DNA of 61,965 bases, counting the filler, from Dugesia japonica (Eukaryota): assembly GCA_001938525.1 (NCBI GenBank). It is 6 parts of 6 records of this genome, joined end to end, with 100 filler letters (N's around TTAATTAATTAA, not from the genome) between each part and the next. Parts side by side here need not be neighbours in the genome. Positions count along the whole stretch, not along the records: positions 8,500 to 25,770 come from MQRL01583722.1; 5 more parts are not named here. One strand, written 5' to 3'. Position numbers and translations under genes: made by a program. The notes under the pieces were generated by a model. The model saw only the letters and a list, made by a program, of their open reading frames with translations, ran no database searches and was not told the DNA's origin. Each line of letters opens with the position of its first letter. The stretch's first letter is position 1. Shown piece after piece: positions 12,504 through 24,473 of this stretch.

Positions 12504-13622
12504 CTATGTTCTAAGTAATAATATTATTAAGTTATTAATATGTGGCTACTGAAAAATTGTAAATCAACTCAAAGAACAGTATATATTATTAATTAAAGGA
12601 ATGTTAACCGATAAATTTTGTTTCGTTTATCCATACTACTCTTGATTAGTAGATCATCGACCACTCATCATCTTGGATGGAGATGGAAGACCTTTATGAA
12701 ATTCATTAAATACTCCTTTTCTATTTCAGACATGATTTTCCACATCACTGTACATAATATTTCATGGTGACCCTATTGTAATCAATCAAGAATTATCAGG
12801 AATCCAGCTCCCTCTGGATGATGAATGGTCCTTCTATCTCTTAGAGCATCATTATGGTAATATCACAAGGTGTATTTTCGTATCTAAACCAACAAAACCT
12901 TTATGTTTAAATACTGAAATTATAGCTAAGAAATTAATATTAATCAATTAACAGCAATCCAAATAAATGTTTATTATAAGATATGAAATTAATGAATAAT
13001 AAACACATAGTTGAAAGTTTGATATTTTTACATACACTGAACAATCGTTTATTTCAGTCTAATGGCCATATAATAAGGAGAAAGATCCAACCACCCAAAT
13101 CCAACATCAGGTTAATCACGTTTAATAGAAAAACAAGTTTTGAACGACGAGTGTCTCATTCTATCACTACAATCANNNNNNNNNNNNNNNNNNNNNNNNN
13201 NNNNNNNNNNNNNNNNNNNNNNNNNTGAACGACGAGTGTCTCATTCTATCACTACAATCAATTCGCCGTTTATTATCTAGTAATAATTGTTCGTTCTAAT
13301 CATCATAGTNNNNNNNCTCAGCTCTTTTATTGATCAAGGCAGGAAATTGTCATTTCTTCCGTGTTACTCTACGTTAATATTTATCATTTCGCGACACGTT
13401 TCTTTCTTTCTACACATTGTCAATTCGCTATAGTTCATCATTTTATCATCGTTATTTATGAGTGGAAGATCTCGCGAGGAAGGAGCTGATAAGATGGACC
13501 GCCGGAGATAGCAGAACTACCCTCAGATGATCCCTCTTCAGTGTCTTCCAAAAAATAAAAAACAATTTAAAATATGATAACATAAAAATAGAAGGAATCC
13601 TTACTTCTTTTCCCGATAGATG

Positions 13623-13811
13623 TGTTGGGGTCCCCCCTGAGTTGAGTGACAAGAAAAGGTGGCTGGGGAAAAAACAGCCCTCAGGGGAACCCTTCCAAGA
13701 ATTTACCCTACCGTCCTTGTGGTAGGTTTTCAGTTTATGTTGGTTGACCTTACTCTTAATGGAAGGTACACGCCGATAAACCTTTATATTCGGGTTCAAT
13801 AATTTTTCCCT
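13623..13811 (-). ncRNA. Novel structured RNA motif, copy 2
   Basis: Same stems with compensatory substitutions, including 13-bp GGGUUCCCCUGAG/CUCAGGGGGACCC. Confidence 0.7.
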
Positions 13812-13876
13812 TCTTGTTATCGTTAAAATACAGAAATCACACTTTTGAATACAGACATTTTATTTTATGGAAATAT

Positions 13877-14259
13877 TTAGAGCAAATCCAGCGCCCCTGG
13901 ATCTAACCACTGGTTTGGTTTTGTTACCATGAAATTGAAAGCTACGATGTCGTCATCGTCATCCCATTGTGTTACCGATGGGTTGCTTATTCGACGGGAC
14001 AGGTCAGCAATATATTGCTTTAAGAACTCGATTTTCCGCATCAACAGCTGTTTGGTTTCGGTTTCCAAAGCTTTGGTTTGAACCGCCAGATCATTTTGCT
14101 TTTTTATAATTAAATCTAATTTTTTAATCAGTTGATCCCGTTGTTCTAAATGTTTCATAAGCGCCTTATCCGTCTTATGTTTTAGGTGACGTTCGACCAG
14201 TAAGCGGCGCATAATTCTATGGCACCTCCGGATACTATTGGGAAAGTTAATTCGTGGCA
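13877..14259 (-). CDS. Cassette ORF B, copy 2 (intact)
   Basis: cattcag|TG CCA CGA ATT; ends QWDDDDD...QWLDPGALDLL; AATAAA at ~13860. Confidence 0.8.
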
Positions 14260-14380
14260 CTGAATGAAAAACCATTAACAGAGAAATAATAACAGTTATT
14301 ATAATCAAGTTTATTATGTATTCAATGGTGTAAAAGAACTGAAGCTAAGATTAAGATATACAAAATTTTATTTTTTAAAG

Positions 14381-14748
14381 TTAAACATGGGGAGTGGATT
14401 TCGTCTTGGTGCCCTTATCAATCATCAAAGGCTCCAGATATGATTTAGTTTTGAGAAGTAGGATGTCTTTGACCAGTTTATTCTCACGGTCATGGCTGGA
14501 CCGGATAATTTCGGCGAACGACTCTACCTGGGACTTCCACACTCTCTCTTGGTCCTGCACCATTTTTATTTCTTCGCGGATATTCGTACATTTGGTTTTA
14601 TATCGCTTTACCTTAGAGTGGGCCGTAGCGATTTCTGCTTCCCATCGCCTCTTGGCTAGTTTGTATAGGTCCCAAGTAATCTCCTTATCTTCACTATCTT
14701 CGCGTAATTTTTTAGTCGGGGCCTGCGATCGATTCAAAGATGAGTGCA
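14381..14748 (-). CDS. Cassette ORF A, copy 2 (intact)
   Basis: atttcag|TG CAC TCA; synonymous changes relative to the other copies; AATAAA at ~14367. Confidence 0.8.
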
Positions 14749-14901
14749 CTGAAATATAAATGTAGTAAAATTTAAGAATTCTAATTAAAATGAGGTGTAA
14801 TTCGAAAACAAGACCAAACAGGGTGGATCAATAAATATTCTACACTAAGGAAACAGAGAAAAAACAAGTTTTTATTCAAATTTTATTAGACAGTAGTGAG
14901 T

Positions 14902-15330
14902 TTACACGAGCACATCAGTGTGATCTTCTGTTGCATTCTCGTTGTTATCGTTGATTAACGCGTTCCGCGCACTCCACAGATTATTTTGTATAAAAGAAGA
15001 CAGTTGTGCCGTAGGGGGTAAGAGGTTCGTGGTGGGTCCCACTAATGAAGAACCATCGTGCCATACACGTTCTATTTGCGGAGTTTCGGTGGACCGCTCA
15101 AAGGACAATGGTGCTGGTGGAAAGGTGACTCTATCTCTTCTCGGTCCACACCAACTATAATAGGCAGCCCGTTCGGTCGCGTCCCACTGTCTTTCCTCAG
15201 CGGCCTGCTCGGGTGACAAATTAGAGTGCTCCACCAGAACACCGGCATTCCTATTGTATGGATTCCGATATCTTTTAAAGGTCGTTCGGCCGGAATGGAC
15301 GTTTAGACACACTTCCCATTTGTATTCCAT
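14902..15330 (-). CDS. Cassette ORF C, copy 2 (intact, 142 aa)
   Basis: ttgtag|AGATTCAT ATG; homologs in copies 1 and 3; two AATAAA at ~14870-14887. Confidence 0.8.
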   Translation of the reverse strand: MEYKWEVCLNVHSGRTTFKRYRNPYNRNAGVLVEHSNLSPEQAAEERQWDATERAAYYSWCGPRRDRVTFPPAPLSFERSTETPQIERVWHDGSSLVGPTTNLLPPTAQLSSFIQNNLWSARNALINDNNENATEDHTDVLV

Positions 15331-15529
15331 ATGAATCTCTACAATTAATAGGGAGTAATGGTATAATTTGAAATAGTGAGAATGGGTTAGATAACTAGTT
15401 CATATTAGAGGAAATTAATTTATAATTACAATGAGACAAAAAGTTTATTTTACAGCAATTTTACACAAATGACACGACAGGAAAACAATCTTTTAAGTGG
15501 ATATCACCCGCACGAATTAGAACATCTGG

Positions 15530-15697
15530 TTATTCCTCGTCTATATCAACTCTGGTTGGAAAGGGGAACATCTCGACGAAACACTGGAGGTCTGTTTCGT
15601 CGGGGTGTTCCACCTCACCCCTCGTTAAATAGTGGGCAATGACAGATTCGTCGTTGGCAACACCACCTCGCGCAATTCTAATGTATGGTTTGATTTT
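15530..15697 (-). CDS. Cassette ORF D, copy 2 (55 codons, LxCxE-like acidic motif; not in the ORF track)
   Basis: tttgtag|AAA ATC...GEVEHPDETDLQCFVEMFPFPTRVDIDEE*; C-terminal half conserved in copy 3. Confidence 0.6.
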   Translation of the reverse strand, partial: KIKPYIRIARGGVANDESVIAHYLTRGEVEHPDETDLQCFVEMFPFPTRVDIDEE

Positions 15698-18600
15698 CTA
15701 CAAAAAAAAATTTNNNNNNNNNNNNNNNAAATTTATTTTATACTGTGTGGATTTTAACGAATTTGTCATTTAATTATCATATTTCGTGATCGTCTCCTTA
15801 CCGGCGTGACTAGAGTTGTTTAAAAGGTAAAGCAATCGAGATAGTTTAACAGTTATTTCGTTTGTGTATAATCTAGCTAGATAGATACAATTACGGCAAT
15901 GATTTTCTGCAGAATTAGTGGATTTATCGATTTCCTAACCAAGAGAAGAAACTGAGCTAATTGTTGCCTCAAGCACTGATGTCGATCATGGGTCTCGATC
16001 AAAATACAATCTATTAATCATGTTACTGAAGAGGAATTTTTTAATCAATAGTGTAAGTTTGCTAAGTAAACTACCTTGGTTCTCCGGTAAATAAAAAATA
16101 GAAGTAGAATTTCGTTAATTTATCACTTTCTATTAACAATTAAAAATGATGGATATTTATCAAATTAGTTTACCCTCGTAATTCTTGGTACAATAACTCG
16201 TAATGTTATATTTTGTTATATTATTTTTTTTTATTAACAATGAAAAGGATGGATATAAAATTTGTTTATCATAGAAATTCTTGGTAAATTCAATCATAAA
16301 GTTATATTCCGTTATTTTATCAATTACTTATCTAAACGATGAATATTTATAAAATAACAACTATAATGGTTCATCATAGAAAATTAAAATAAATCATAAA
16401 GTATTATTTTGTTATTTTAACGATTTTGAGTAATTAACAAATGAATATTTATAAAATAACAACTGCATTTAGCTTAACATAGAAATTTTATTAAAGTAAA
16501 TGTTATTTCACTTTTCACAACATGACTATTTAATATAATCAAGATAATATTTTTACTTTTTCTTTTGGCTTATAGGTTGTTTGCAACGGGCTTCTTTTCG
16601 AGAACAATCACTACTAATCTTGCAATTCCTTGGGTCGATTCTAAAGTCCGGAATTCTTTTACTTTCTTGTATTACGATTTTCTGTTATCGTACACTTCTG
16701 TTGCCGCACGATGACTTTTGACTGATTTGCACTTGTATGTTAAGCTTTTTTCGACTATCCGTTGTTTTACACAGTTCACTGTCAATTTATTACCGTAAAT
16801 TCCTTTTGAATAATTAAGTGTTTGAAAGCTAACGTTTGGTTTTTCCAAGAGAAAATAATGATAATTAGTTGTTTTTTTCAGCTAAAGTTAGGGATCCTTT
16901 TATAGGATTTGTCATACACCCCGACTTCTTCTTGATTTGCTGATTATTTTTGGATCAGCCTTTTCTTGATCTTACTGGTTACTGAACCAATTTTCCAAAA
17001 TTTTCTAAAAATTTTGGTGCTGCTATTGGCAGCTATTTTTATCANGACACATGACATTTGTGTCTTTGTTATATTTTTATTTTTAGGTCTTCTATTGGCT
17101 GGATCTTGGAAACCTTGCCGTACCCTTCTGGAAGGTGGTATGTTTTCCTTCTTCAGAATTTTAATTGCACATGGATGTTTTCTCTTCATTTTTTCTTGTC
17201 CGGGTTTTTTCCGACTTCCGGATAAAACAGATTTTTTCACTAATTTCGCTTCTTTTTATTTTAAAATTAATTAATTTTCTTTTGCTAATTAATTATTTAC
17301 AATACTGCTTTTCTTTGTTGTTTATTATTAATTAATTAATTTTTCTTAATTTCCAAATGTAAATTGCTTCTATGTTAACCTGTTCTTCAGCTTCGTCTAA
17401 GCCTTTCGTTCGTTCTCTGCTAAGGATGATTACATGTTTTATATTTCATTATTGATAATTACAGCGGTTCTGCTATTCTTTGCCGTCGATTTGACTTTTG
17501 GCCTTATTCTCGTTTAGCGAGTGTTTTACCCCAACAGATGTTCTGATTTAATTAAACAGTTAATGGTGTTTAATGGAAATTTTTAAGAGTGTTTTTCTAA
17601 TAATTTTGATTTCCTTTTATACCTCACTGTATCGTCAAATTTTAACAGATACAGTTGGCGTCCACTTCAGATTTCTGTTAATGCAAGAAATCGTACTCTG
17701 TTTACCCGTAGCTTCTACAGAGATGTCCAAATATGGGCGTGATTATTTTTATGTTTTTGTTAATTCTGTAGCGGATTATGTGCTCACAGAAGTTCTATAT
17801 TTTTTTCCTCAATTGGAGAAGCTTAAAAAAATAATATTTTTCTTAAAAAATAATAATTTTCTTAAAAAATAATAATTTTCTAAAACTTGTATGAGTTTTA
17901 GAAATAAAAATAACTACACAATCACATGCAGATATAAACATATCAACCCTGAATTCTAACATAAAATCATCAGAGGTTCTTCTGCATATAACTTTTCTTT
18001 TATAATTCCTTCTTATTCATTATAAATAATAATATTTATTGAATAATAATAATTTTAATTATATTTATCGATAATAATAATAATTTCCCATTTTTATATT
18101 TTTTTAAAAATTTATAATAAAAATACAGTTCTTGTACTTAAACCTGACTAATAATCTATTATTTTTTTATTTAAAATGATTATGATGATTTATTCTGCTT
18201 TTCTTTTCCTATAATTACTCTTTAAAATATCTAAATATTTTAATATAGTTATTTGTTTTAATTTCTCCTTTTTTCTAATCATTATAACTTTATTTTTAAT
18301 ACATGAATTCTTTCAGCACATTTATATAAATTATAAATAATATTATTTTCTTGGTTTTATTTTACATTCTCCTTTTTGATTATTTAAATACTTTCTGAGC
18401 ATATTTTACCTTAGCCATCTAATTTTTGATTATCTTCAATTATTATGTTTTAATATTTAATCAATTCTTCGTTTTCTCTACAACATATTACTTATTTATT
18501 ATTACCCTTTAATTTATTTCCTTCTCTGCTTTTCATATTTTACGAAAGGCTGTTTCAGCCCAACATTAATATAATAGATAAAATTATCAAAAAAGGTTCA

Positions 18601-20456
18601 TTAATTATTCTGTGTAAAGAAAAAATTTTATATTATCAATTCGTATTCGTAAAATAATAAAAGATGTTAATCAGAAGAAGAAATAATTTCACTGAAAAGT
18701 TAAACAAAATATGATAAAATAAATCGATTATCCCACCAAAATCCACCAACCATTGATTGATTAATACCAAAAAAGGGTATAAACGGAACTGCGACTTTGT
18801 GCAATACTACCCGTAAAAGAAAAATTAAGATACAAGTAAGAAATTTCAATGTTTCTCTATAGAAAACTCGGCTTGAATATTTACATTAATATTACATTAT
18901 TTTTTATAGTCTTATTACATTAAACGTCTTCTTAGCAAATCAGTTGCAGATGCTATTAAATTTTACCCAGTTGTTAATAAATCTATTTAATGGGGATATA
19001 TAAGGACTTTAACTTGAAATTTTATTCATAGAGCTAGAACTAATACACTTCCTAATAACTTTTATGATTTAAAAAATATCATATTTTATGATTATTTTAT
19101 GATTTTAAAAATATACAGACTACCTTCTTTGGTTATTTTATAATAAAAATATACAAAGATTCCCTTCTTCGGTTATTTTTATAAGTATTTAATAAGTATA
19201 ATTACAATATGGTTGCAACATAGTTGCAACAATCTACTCAAACCACTCAAATATAACAATAATCTAAAAATAATCCCTGCCACATAGAGTAAATAATCAA
19301 ACAATGCACCATAACTATGCAAATATTACACTGTTACCATGTAATAAATGAATTTTTTAAGTTTATATCACTTTTATATTAATTTCATATTACCATAATT
19401 ATCATAATTACAATTATGATAATATGAAATTAAACAATCAATAAATATTGGTTAATTATAATTGATTAATTTCATATTACCTTAATTTTAATTGTATTAA
19501 TATGAAATGAAAATTTTAATTTCAAATAAATTTATGGTAATGAAATTAAGCAATCAATAAATATTTAGATTTTTTAATTTATAAAACTATAATTATATTT
19601 GAAATTAAAAATGGTGATTTTATTTGTTTGATTTTTTTAAGTTAAATTTTAATGAAACTTTTTAATTAGATTTTAATGAAACTTTTTTANTTAGATTTTT
19701 TTATAAGAGAATTTAATTAACTATTAATTGAAATTTAGGTAAATCTATTTAAAGGTATCATTATTATATGGTCTATGATGATGAAGGGTTCCATAATAAT
19801 ATGGTCTACGAGGATTAAAGGTTCTTTTAATATGGTAAAAAATGTGACAAAGATATATAATATGTGCTAAATAATATAAATATATCATGTTTTGAATAAG
19901 TAACAGTTGCGAGGGAATTCCTGATAATTTTTCGGATCTGGAAGCACTGATACCAGAGATGCACATACCTTAATCGAGCTTAGCCTAGTTAAAACTACAC
20001 AAGCTGATCGATAAGTTCAATTATGAACAGACTCGAATTGGATACAATCAGACTTTGATGGATTCGCTCCGTTAGACTGTACATGTCGGATGAGGTAATG
20101 GTATGGAATGAAAACAAGACTGTTAGAGAAACAATACATGAAAATAATTATTAATGATTTATTTATTTAAATTAATTAACTTATATAAGAAAAAGAACAA
20201 GAAAAATTCTTTTAAATTTCTCGCCAAAAAAACATAAAAGACAGAGGAAAGAAAAAAAATTTTTCTCCAAAAAAATTTTTAAAAAATAAAGAAAATAAAA
20301 TTTTTTTTTAAATTTCCCACCAAAAATTTGTACGATAACTAGTAACTCAGATGAATACTAGTAACTCACACGATAATAAGCAGCTTGCAACAAATTTAGG
20401 AATTTACACGGTTGGTGTGAGCACACTGAACCATTATGATGTATCGATAACCCTAT

Positions 20457-20608
20457 CCCCTCTTGCGATAATACCAAAGTGAGTTACTATTTTAGATCAA
20501 TAAATTTGCAATAATCAGTAACATATATTAACCTATTTTCTATTTCCGCGCGATAACCAGTAAATGACTTCAAAATAGTAACTCATTTTGGTATTATCGA
20601 GAAAGGGG
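20457..20608. mobile_element. MITE-like element with ~37-bp TIRs
   Basis: CCCCTCTTGCGATAATACCAAAGTGAGTTACTATTTT ... AAAATAGTAACTCATTTTGGTATTATCGAGAAAGGGG. Confidence 0.75.
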
Positions 20609-21070
20609 CTCAATAACTCATAGTGAGCCAGTGCGCTTACATCTACCTACTAAAATATTAACCCAACATATAAAAGTTACATAAATCACACGAAAATTAT
20701 AATCTAACGTATAAAAAATCGAAACCAACTTATTAAAATTATAATTACAATTATTGCGAGAATAATTGTTGGACTTAACCATTGATTGCATTTGAGATTT
20801 TAGTAAAATAAAGAAAAAGGTTTGATAAAAATAAAATGTATTTGTAACGAAATTCAAATTTTCGACACTTGCCTTCTTCAGGAATGATGACTTTTTGCTA
20901 GATTCAAAACGATAATAGATCTTTGTTACAAAATTCTTTATATTTTATCTAAATTTTTTTTTAAAATTAAATCTCAAAAAATCTTTTTTAAATTAAATTG
21001 AATAGAAAATCGTTCAATAATCGCGAATAGACGTATTTTCTTGTCTGCAATTAAGTACATTAATTATAAT

Positions 21071-21260
21071 TGTTGGGGTTCCACCTGAGTCGAGGTTGAC
21101 AGAAAACACTGACCTGGGAAAAACGGCCCTCAGGGGATCCTCTTCAAGAATTTGAATCTAATGTCCCTAAATTAGATATTCAGTGCAGAGCGGTTGACCT
21201 TCAACTTCATGCGAGGTTCACACTCCTACACCTTTGGTTTGGGTCCATATTCATTTCCCT
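21071..21260 (-). ncRNA. Novel structured RNA motif, copy 3 (most diverged)
   Basis: Stem sequences rewritten but still pairing (GGUGUAG/CUGCACU; AUCUAAU/AUUAGAU). Confidence 0.7.
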
Positions 21261-21319
21261 ATTATTTTAATCATTATATAAAAAACAAAATTCTAATAAT
21301 AATATGTATTATTTTCAAA

Positions 21320-21678
21320 TCACATTTCATCCAGAGTACCCGGGTCTAACCACTGGGTAGGCTCTTCTGGTAAAAAATTAAACACAGCTGTGTCGTCGTT
21401 ATCGTCCCATTGTAAACATCACACGTTACCTAATTAACGAGGCAGGTCGGAGATATAATGCTTTAAAAAATCTATTTTATTTTGCAGGAGTTGTTTGGTT
21501 TGCATTGCCAGGTCATTCTGCTTTTTCACAATAACATCCATCTTTTTGATCAACTTATTGCGCTGGGATAAATGTTTTAGTAGGGCCCTCTCACTGTCTT
21601 TTGACATGTTTTTCTACCAGCATGTTTGTATCAGATGGTGACATCGCTTAAGACTTGTAGGGAGTCGGATCCTATGCA
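21320..21678 (-). pseudogene. Cassette ORF B, copy 3 (disrupted)
   Basis: tgtttag|TG CAT AGG ATC; ends QWLDPGTLDEM*; internal frameshifts and stops. Confidence 0.75.
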
Positions 21679-21825
21679 CTAAACAAATAAGAAATAAGAA
21701 TAGAATTTAATTTTTAAAAACAAATTTAATTAAGAGGGGACTCTATCAACATCACCAGTATGAACGTAAACGAATTATTTAGACAGCCACATTTATTTAA
21801 AAACTAAACACAACATTACAAAGGG

Positions 21826-22184
21826 TTAAGTCCGCGATGTCTGAATGCCCTTGTCCATCATAAGGGGTTCAAGCGGCATCGCTGTTTTTAACTTTAAAAT
21901 ATCGATGATCAGTTTATTCTCTCGGTCTTTGTAGGACCGGATGATTTCGGTGAAAGATTTTATCTGGGCCTTCCATACTCTTTCCTGGGTATGGGAGGCT
22001 TCGGCCTCTTTCTTAAATTCTACGCATTTTTTCTTATACCGACTTACTTTACTATTGGCATTTGCCGTGTCGGCCTCCCATCTGCGTTTGGCTAGCCGAT
22101 AGAGGTCCCAGGTCATTTCCTGGTCCTCGCTGGTCTCCCTTACCTTTTTGGTCGGAGCTGGAAGTCTATTTAGCGATGAATGCA
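21826..22184 (-). CDS. Cassette ORF A, copy 3 (intact)
   Basis: tctatag|TG CAT TCA; ~119 aa homolog. Confidence 0.8.
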
Positions 22185-22352
22185 CTATAGAATGAGTAAA
22201 TAAATTAGACTAGCTACATATTTAATGTAATAGATTTAAATCAGAATTCAAATTGTGAAAAATCATCAATGGACAAGCAACATGACAAGTCATCCTAGGC
22301 TTAAAGTAATAAAGACATTTATTAAAAAATATTTAACAAATAACAAAGGGCG

Positions 22353-22772
22353 CTAGTCGCTCGGAGTGGTGTTTGTGTTTTCATCATTATCGTTCTCGGC
22401 CGAATTCCTTATAGTCCATAAATTGTTATGGACAAAGGCAGTTAAATTGTGTAATGGGCGTAGATGGTTAGTAGTGACACCTACAACCGAAGACCATTCG
22501 TGCCATTTTCGAATAATTTAGGGCACGCCATCTCAATTTATGGTTACAACTGGAACCGCATGATAAACGGCCCTTGTATGATCAGGACCGTTCCGCGTGA
22601 AATATGAGTGGCGCTCATTTGCGTCCCACTTGCGTTCGTCGTTTGCGTCTTCAATGGGTAAATTGGCTCTGTCGACAAGAATACTGGCATCTCTATCGTA
22701 GGGATTTTTATACCGTTTGAACAAGGTTCCACCCGAGGTGCGGTCTAACAAAATCTCCCATTTGTGCTCCAT
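22353..22772 (-). pseudogene. Cassette ORF C, copy 3 (disrupted near 22530)
   Basis: attag|G ATG GAG CAC; downstream WHEWSSVVGVTTNHL...FVHNNLWTIRN matches WHDGSSLVGPTTNLL...FIQNNLWSARN of copy 2. Confidence 0.75.
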
Positions 22773-22929
22773 CCTAATATTATTTTTTCGACATTTATTA
22801 AAACCATTTAAATATATTAAAATATGATGGAAAAAAATGATAATAAAGTGATTTCAGAAAGAGGATTAAAATGTTTCTCAATTTTATTTAAACCAGGCCA
22901 TAACAGTTGTCAGTATTATGTTTGCCGTG

Positions 22930-23118
22930 CTACCATTCTTCGTCAAGGTCCACATGGAATTGCTGTGAGAACATTTCGACGAAACACTAGAGATCAGTCT
23001 CATCGGGATGTTCGATCTTACCATGGGACAATATGTAAGCTAAAAATTGCCTCAACCGAGAGGTCTTATGTCGTTTTCAAATTAAGCGTAACGCATTTCT
23101 TAGTTCCGTGGACATAAC
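22930..23118 (-). pseudogene. Cassette ORF D, copy 3 (two in-frame stops)
   Basis: atttcag|GTT ATG TCC...GKIEHPDETDL*CFVEMFSQQFHVDLDEEW*. Confidence 0.65.
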
Positions 23119-24473
23119 CTGAAATTAATATGTACATTAGATCATCACACCACTGCCACCCCTAAGTGCAATATCAGCCAAAAAGAGGCCCAGATTTATG
23201 ATGTCTGGTTCTGGCATCAATAATAAAATTTTAGAGGTCGTCACCCATGATTACTAACCTGCTGATGGAAATAATAATCACTTATTCTGGACTAGTCGTG
23301 ACTTTACGAAAGACGCTTCACAATTCTAATACTCCAATTAAAGGTTCTAACCGAAGGGCATTTTTAGCCTTAACTCTGTCATTGGTGCAGTTCATATCCA
23401 TAACTGGATGGATCATAATAAAAAGAGAAAGCCAACAAATCATGGTGAAAGTGATAATAATATAATAACAGTAAGGCCATCCACTAGTTTAATATTTAAA
23501 TAATAACGTTAATGATGCTAACGGACGACCTCTAAACCATCTAGTTGCTGAAGGTGGTCACGACTATAACAATTGTATATGGATAAGCCTGGTAATAGTG
23601 TTGTTAGTAATAACAACAACCCTTTTAATATACACCATAGTTGTAATGATATTCCGAACGATATTGATGATAATAATTATTATGTCAATACGAAAATTAC
23701 TAACGGTCACAATGCTGACAAAAATTACCATTTTAATAATGAGAACAAGAATTTTAATAATGATAAAAATCATGAAAATAATAATACTAAAGGTGAGAAT
23801 TATGAATCCATTTAACACATGCAAATAAATCATTTTATCATGGTACATACGACAGCAAAATTACTAACGATGGCCAATTTCCTACAAATTATATAAGTCA
23901 CTTCTGAATTATCATAAATGAGCAAAATTACTAATTATTAATAAATGACGGAGATAGAATATGTTAGTTCTAGTGATGTGCTAACTTTAGCCGTGGTGTA
24001 TACGAGACACACACATTCGTAGTCAATATTAGTAATTATGATAGAGAGCTTACATACCATAATTGGATCACTATATATTAGGTAGAACAAGAAATGACAA
24101 AGTTAGTGTGCATTCCGCTATCAACCAGATTCAACGTTAGCATAATTGAAAAAGTGAAAACTGCTTATGAAAGAACTACTGAAAAGTTGCACGGCGAAGC
24201 CAATTCTCGAATCTAAACCAATACGATTTTGGAATTAGTAAATATGGAAATCACAATTATTCATCAGGTGGAATGTTCGAATGGCTCGCTGGATAAGTGA
24301 CATTACACTGCTACATTCAAGAAATAAAAGATAACAGATCTCACACTGGAATTATCGCGAGGACAATCCTGCCAGCGGCTTAATTTGTTAGTTACGAGTT
24401 TAATAAAATTTTCCATCGCTGTTTATGTCCTACCAATTTCTATTAAAATAGCAAATAAAGTAACTCATAGTAT

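Noticed and set aside
13452-13799. 115-aa ORF overlapping RNA copy 2
   Set aside because: The same frame has stops and frame-breaking indels in the other copies; conservation follows base pairing, not codons.
14394-15160. Plus-strand ORFs antisense to cassette genes (also 3917-4102, 22824-23117, 25369-25620)
   Set aside because: Shadow frames; protein conservation lies on the minus strand.
23564-23848. Overlapping Asn-rich and Ile-rich ORFs
   Set aside because: Low-complexity AAT-rich tract open in several frames; no recognisable motif.
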